Below, one piece after another: positions 63,101-64,000 of a stretch of 64,000 nucleotides of DNA. A program made the position numbers and the translations under genes. Each line of letters opens with the position of its first letter. Position 1 is the stretch's first letter. Below the pieces are notes generated by a model. The model was not told the DNA's origin. It made no database searches and saw nothing but the letters and a program-made list of their open reading frames with translations. Source of the stretch: Asterias rubens (lineage: Eukaryota); assembly GCF_902459465.1 (NCBI RefSeq), contig NC_047073.1, positions 310,001 to 374,000 of the forward strand, read 5' to 3'.

Positions 63101-64000
63101 TATTTCAGGTTAAGCGCCTGGAGGCCTGGCATAAGGCGCTATATAAATACGCTTTTATTATTATTATTACAAAAAATAACTAGTTCTTATAAAGTGCAGT
63201 TTACAATTACTGTATCAATGCGCTTTACATCATTGCACTGGTCATTAGGCCAATTACATTCCCTTAATCTTTCCAAGCTCCCTGTGGAGTATACAGCCTG
63301 AGCTGCTGTGGTGCTCTATGGCTTTTTCAAGCACAATATCAACCTCTACCCTCGCAGGTACCCATTTATACCTCTGGGTGAAGAGAAGCACCCAGTAAAA
63401 CAGCTTGCTCAAGAGCACTAGTGTCAGACCAGGATTCAAACCCACACTCCAATAACTTAACACCCAGGACCTGAACTTAATGCACTAAACCACTCGGCCA
63501 TGACTCTTGGCTGATTGGTCCATCTCCCACAAGTTTGACAGCAAACGACTCTTGCTAAAGTTATCTCAGATTTACACACAAAACCTTTTATATTTTCATA
63601 GAGCACATTAGAAGTGTGATTCACATGTACAATACTATTACAACATCAAGATGATAGGAACAAACATGTCTCCAGCTGTGCTTATTTATAGCGCAGTCAC
63701 TAGTTTTTTTCTAGATACCTGTGCTTTATGAGATTTATTATTATTATTATTGGAATCACCTTTACTTATTATCATTTCCAACAAATCTTTTCCTTTCACA
63801 AACAGATCAAATATCGGCCATCATTCAAACCCTACCAGTTGGATTTTACACCTTCAACATTTACAAGGCTACCAGTTTCCAGTCCAAATATCTACAGAAG
63901 AGTATTGCTTGGACTCGAACCCGGAACCCAATATGAAATTGAAGTGTCTGCAGAAACAAGCATTGGTCAAGGAGATCCTGTATCCATCGCTGGTTTCACA
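39112..64000 (+). CDS. Tie1/Tie2(TEK)-like cell-surface receptor ectodomain (signal peptide, 2 Ig, 4 EGF, Ig, at least 8 FN3); 3' end outside window
   Basis: 19 phase-compatible GT-AG exons: 39112-39187, 44313-44672, 46329-46580, 46893-47024, 48060-48215, 49093-49254, 49648-49791, 51227-51538, 52686-53006, 53906-53973, 54239-54476, 55942-56256, 57129-57431, 57960-58268, 58959-59252, 59868-60109, 62329-62398, 62832-62938 and 63806-64000+, giving 4056 nt of open frame. Tie-like motifs include RIGAFYC, DAGVYEC...ILRLIVRGCASGRWGPSC, CLQDPFGCACAAGFKGIDC and VVARAGVGGAG. The intracellular domain (kinase or phosphatase) cannot be seen. Confidence 0.88.
42200..42520 (+). mobile_element. Degenerate tRNA-derived SINE with conserved central domain
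   Basis: Decayed A/B boxes followed by GTGAGTTGAGTT...GGTTCTC...GGGTTTTCC...GTTTTCCTCCCTC, resembling central-domain (V/Meta-type) SINEs; family unverified. Confidence 0.5.
43364..43557. mobile_element. Small CpG-rich MITE
   Basis: Imperfect ~27-bp TIRs AATAGACCGATCCAGAAGGCTCCGCCCA / TGGGTCGGAGCTTAATGGATCGGTCCATT. Confidence 0.6.
43867..44239. mobile_element. Third TTAA-AGG MITE family, decayed copy
   Basis: TTAA|AGGAAAAATAGGCTATAGAATTGG ... ATTCTGTAATGTTCCT|TCAG. Confidence 0.55.
44313..44672 (+). CDS. Tie-like Ig domain 1 exon
   Basis: TTTTCAG/GTAAGT, 360 nt, GLVDFTCFNRFPVL...RIGAFYCEIQV. Confidence 0.85.
45866..46017. mobile_element. PIF/Harbinger (Tourist-like) MITE
   Basis: TAA|GGGTGCGTTCG ... 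CGAACGCACCC|TAA; 152 bp and palindromic along its length. Confidence 0.88.
46329..46580 (+). CDS. Tie-like Ig domain 2 exon
   Basis: CCTAG/GTGGGT, 252 nt, TIVPERQTITVNLGEPVTF...EEDAGVYECHEGG...ILRLIVR; missed by the ORF track. Confidence 0.87.
46893..47024 (+). CDS. Tie-like EGF repeat 1 exon
   Basis: 132 nt, CASGRWGPSCWSVCPVCYNGGMCDTESGQCICAPGFHGSYC. Confidence 0.9.
47266..47678. repeat. 59-bp minisatellite, 7 near-perfect copies, in the Tie-like EGF1-EGF2 intron
   Basis: Unit AAATTGAGTCCTGCATCTCAGTATTGTAGCTGTGCATTGTATTCATGGCCAACTGAGTT; 413 bp = 7 x 59; one substitution seen. Confidence 0.95.
48060..48215 (+). CDS. Tie-like EGF repeat 2 exon
   Basis: 156 nt, AAGSNRWGLNATSLCSSREDRHGHVCRGNLLCLQDPFGCACAAGFKGIDCTD. 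Confidence 0.88.
49093..49254 (+). CDS. Tie-like EGF repeat 3 exon
   Basis: 162 nt, CPPNTFGSYCSQTCHC...CAIGWKGSNCQ. Confidence 0.9.
49648..49791 (+). CDS. Tie-like EGF repeat 4 exon
   Basis: 144 nt, CPVGFYGEICAQVCNC...CQEGFIGLTCVE. Confidence 0.9.
49840..50172. mobile_element. TTAA-AGGCA MITE family, copy
   Basis: TTAA|AGACACTAAACACTATTGGTA ... TACCAATAGTGTCCACTGCCT|TTAA. Confidence 0.78.
50247..50778. mobile_element. Head-to-head inverted dimer of a ~258-bp tRNA-containing repeat, flanked by a 13-bp direct repeat
   Basis: Minus copy 50247-50508 and plus copy 50509-50778, with near-identical arms. TCTCACATATTTA occurs at 50234-50246 and 50779-50791. Confidence 0.8.
50613..50684 (+). pseudogene. 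tRNA-like cloverleaf inside the repeat (AGA anticodon, short variable loop); repeat-borne, not called as a functional tRNA
   Basis: D-stem GTCT/AGAC, T-stem GTGGG/CCCAC with TTCGAAT loop, 5-bp acceptor pairing CTCGG/CCGAG, anticodon stem only 3 of 5 paired; A and B boxes intact. Confidence 0.6.
50795..50840 (+). ncRNA. Minimal type I hammerhead ribozyme motif (Penelope-like element type)
   Basis: AGTCTC-CTGACGA-T-GACTAG-AGCAAG-CTAGTT-GAAA-CGTT-GAGTCT. It has the core CUGANGA/GAAA, a 6-bp helix II, a palindromic ACGU helix III, a GUU cleavage triplet, and helix I pairing at 5 of 6 positions. Confidence 0.65.
51227..51538 (+). CDS. Tie-like Ig domain 3 exon
   Basis: 312 nt, VTITCEAVGNPLP...LFTCSV. 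Confidence 0.88.
52686..53006 (+). CDS. Tie-like FN3 repeat 1 exon
   Basis: 321 nt, ISWDPW...YIVYY...GLNIDTEYDFVVVVAR. Confidence 0.9.
53906..54476 (+). CDS. Tie-like FN3 repeat 2 (split exons 53906-53973 and 54239-54476)
   Basis: PSTGAAISLSTLSGTELQLNWQ / LPPQSTWQC...SLMPCTGYSVVVTF; a phase-0 internal intron restores the frame. Confidence 0.82.
54611..54690 (+). pseudogene. tRNA-Asn-like (GTT) pseudo-tRNA or SINE head
   Basis: TAGCTCAGTTG A box, CCGGC-ACGTTAA-TCCGG anticodon arm, GGTTCAAATCC B box and a T-run; acceptor stem poor. Confidence 0.45.
54841..55695 (-). mobile_element. 5'-truncated, frameshifted L2-clade LINE (RT C-terminal region, 3' UTR, (TTA)n tail)
   Basis: Broken ORFs ARNLGIIFDNTLSMDKH / SRLDNGNSLLYG...LQNAAARVLT...HITPILQELHWLPI / AFS..APKLWNALP...FRNLLKTPLF, typical of the L2/CR1-group ORF2 end. 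Confidence 0.88.
55701..55911 (+). mobile_element. Second, very short L2 3' end in the opposite orientation
   Basis: KLWNNLPLEIRQSSSLTVFKSCLKTHLFSSRFCD-stop, then an L2-like 3' UTR and an (ATT)n tail. Confidence 0.75.
55942..56256 (+). CDS. Tie-like FN3 repeat 3 exon
   Basis: 315 nt, TWSAP...LTNLLANSRYFVSVIARN. Confidence 0.9.
56809..57052. mobile_element. GGGCCCAATTTCAT-ended MITE family (superfamily unassigned)
   Basis: TIRs GGGCCCAATTTCATAGAGCTGCTAAGCAC / GTGCTTAGCAGCTCTGTTAAATTGGGCCC. Other copies at ~3985-4090, 27565-27750, 28520-28692, 48537-48745, 51559-51773, 52075-52235 and 53994-54180. Confidence 0.75.
57129..57431 (+). CDS. Tie-like FN3 repeat 4 exon
   Basis: 303 nt, FTWND...GLNPCTRYRFKVAVKN. 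Confidence 0.9.
57960..58268 (+). CDS. Tie-like FN3 repeat 5 exon
   Basis: 309 nt, LRWSKP...GLLPYSTYFVYVKAST. Confidence 0.9.
58959..59252 (+). CDS. Tie-like FN3 repeat 6 exon
   Basis: 294 nt, DWSPPPC...NLVPYTLYSFHVLART. Confidence 0.9.
59400..59645. mobile_element. piggyBac-like MITE (CCC...GGG ends) nested in a GGGCCC-family MITE
   Basis: TTGA|CCCTTTGGTGCA ... TGCACCAAAGGG|TTCA. The flanks rejoin to GAGCTGC-TTAA-GCAC, resembling the start of the host family. Confidence 0.55.
59868..62398 (+). CDS. Tie-like FN3 repeat 7 (split exons 59868-60109 and 62329-62398)
   Basis: VEWHRPDPPHGIIIAYYV...GLESNANFSIK / VQAETSVAVGDPS; phase-0 internal intron. Confidence 0.85.
60183..60225 (+). ncRNA. Degenerate hammerhead ribozyme-like motif (same family)
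   Basis: TTTCTC-CAGAAGA-C-GATCA-GAGCATA-TGATC-GAAA-CGTC-AAG. U4 is changed to A and helix I is weak; helix II is perfect, with the ACGU helix III and a GUC triplet. Confidence 0.45.
62832..64000 (+). CDS. Tie-like FN3 repeat 8 (split exons 62832-62938 and 63806 to window end)
   Basis: IEWNKPMVPNGRIINYI / IKYRP...GLEPGTQYEIEVSAETSIGQG; runs off the window. Confidence 0.87.

Overview
AT-rich, intron-rich animal genomic DNA. The gene content and repeat types suggest an echinoderm, probably a sea star (inference, not verified). Four protein-coding genes were reconstructed by hand from splice signals and protein motifs. Two are tandem minus-strand transgelin/SM22/myophilin-type calponin-family genes (10501-16627, complete, 198 aa; 20967-24277, first coding exon not found). 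The third is MED26 on the plus strand (3 exons, 29178-35573, 547 aa). The fourth is a Tie1/Tie2-like receptor (39112 to beyond 64000; 19 exons, 1352 codons so far) with signal peptide, Ig-Ig, 4 EGF, Ig and at least 8 FN3 repeats; its intracellular part lies outside the window. Introns and intergenic DNA are full of MITEs (TTAA-AGG T2/Kolobok-like, PIF/Harbinger, Mutator-like, hAT, piggyBac-like), tRNA-derived SINEs, L2 LINE ends and minisatellites. The most unusual signal is a ~258-bp terminally redundant repeat with an internal tRNA-like cloverleaf. At 50247-50778 it sits as a head-to-head inverted dimer inside a 13-bp direct repeat (likely TSD), immediately next to a minimal Penelope-type hammerhead ribozyme motif. 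A second hammerhead-like motif lies inside another copy at ~60185. This suggests a possible Penelope-mobilised tRNA/ribozyme element. No CRISPR arrays, rRNA genes or convincing functional tRNA genes were seen. All coordinates were read by eye and may be off by a few bases.
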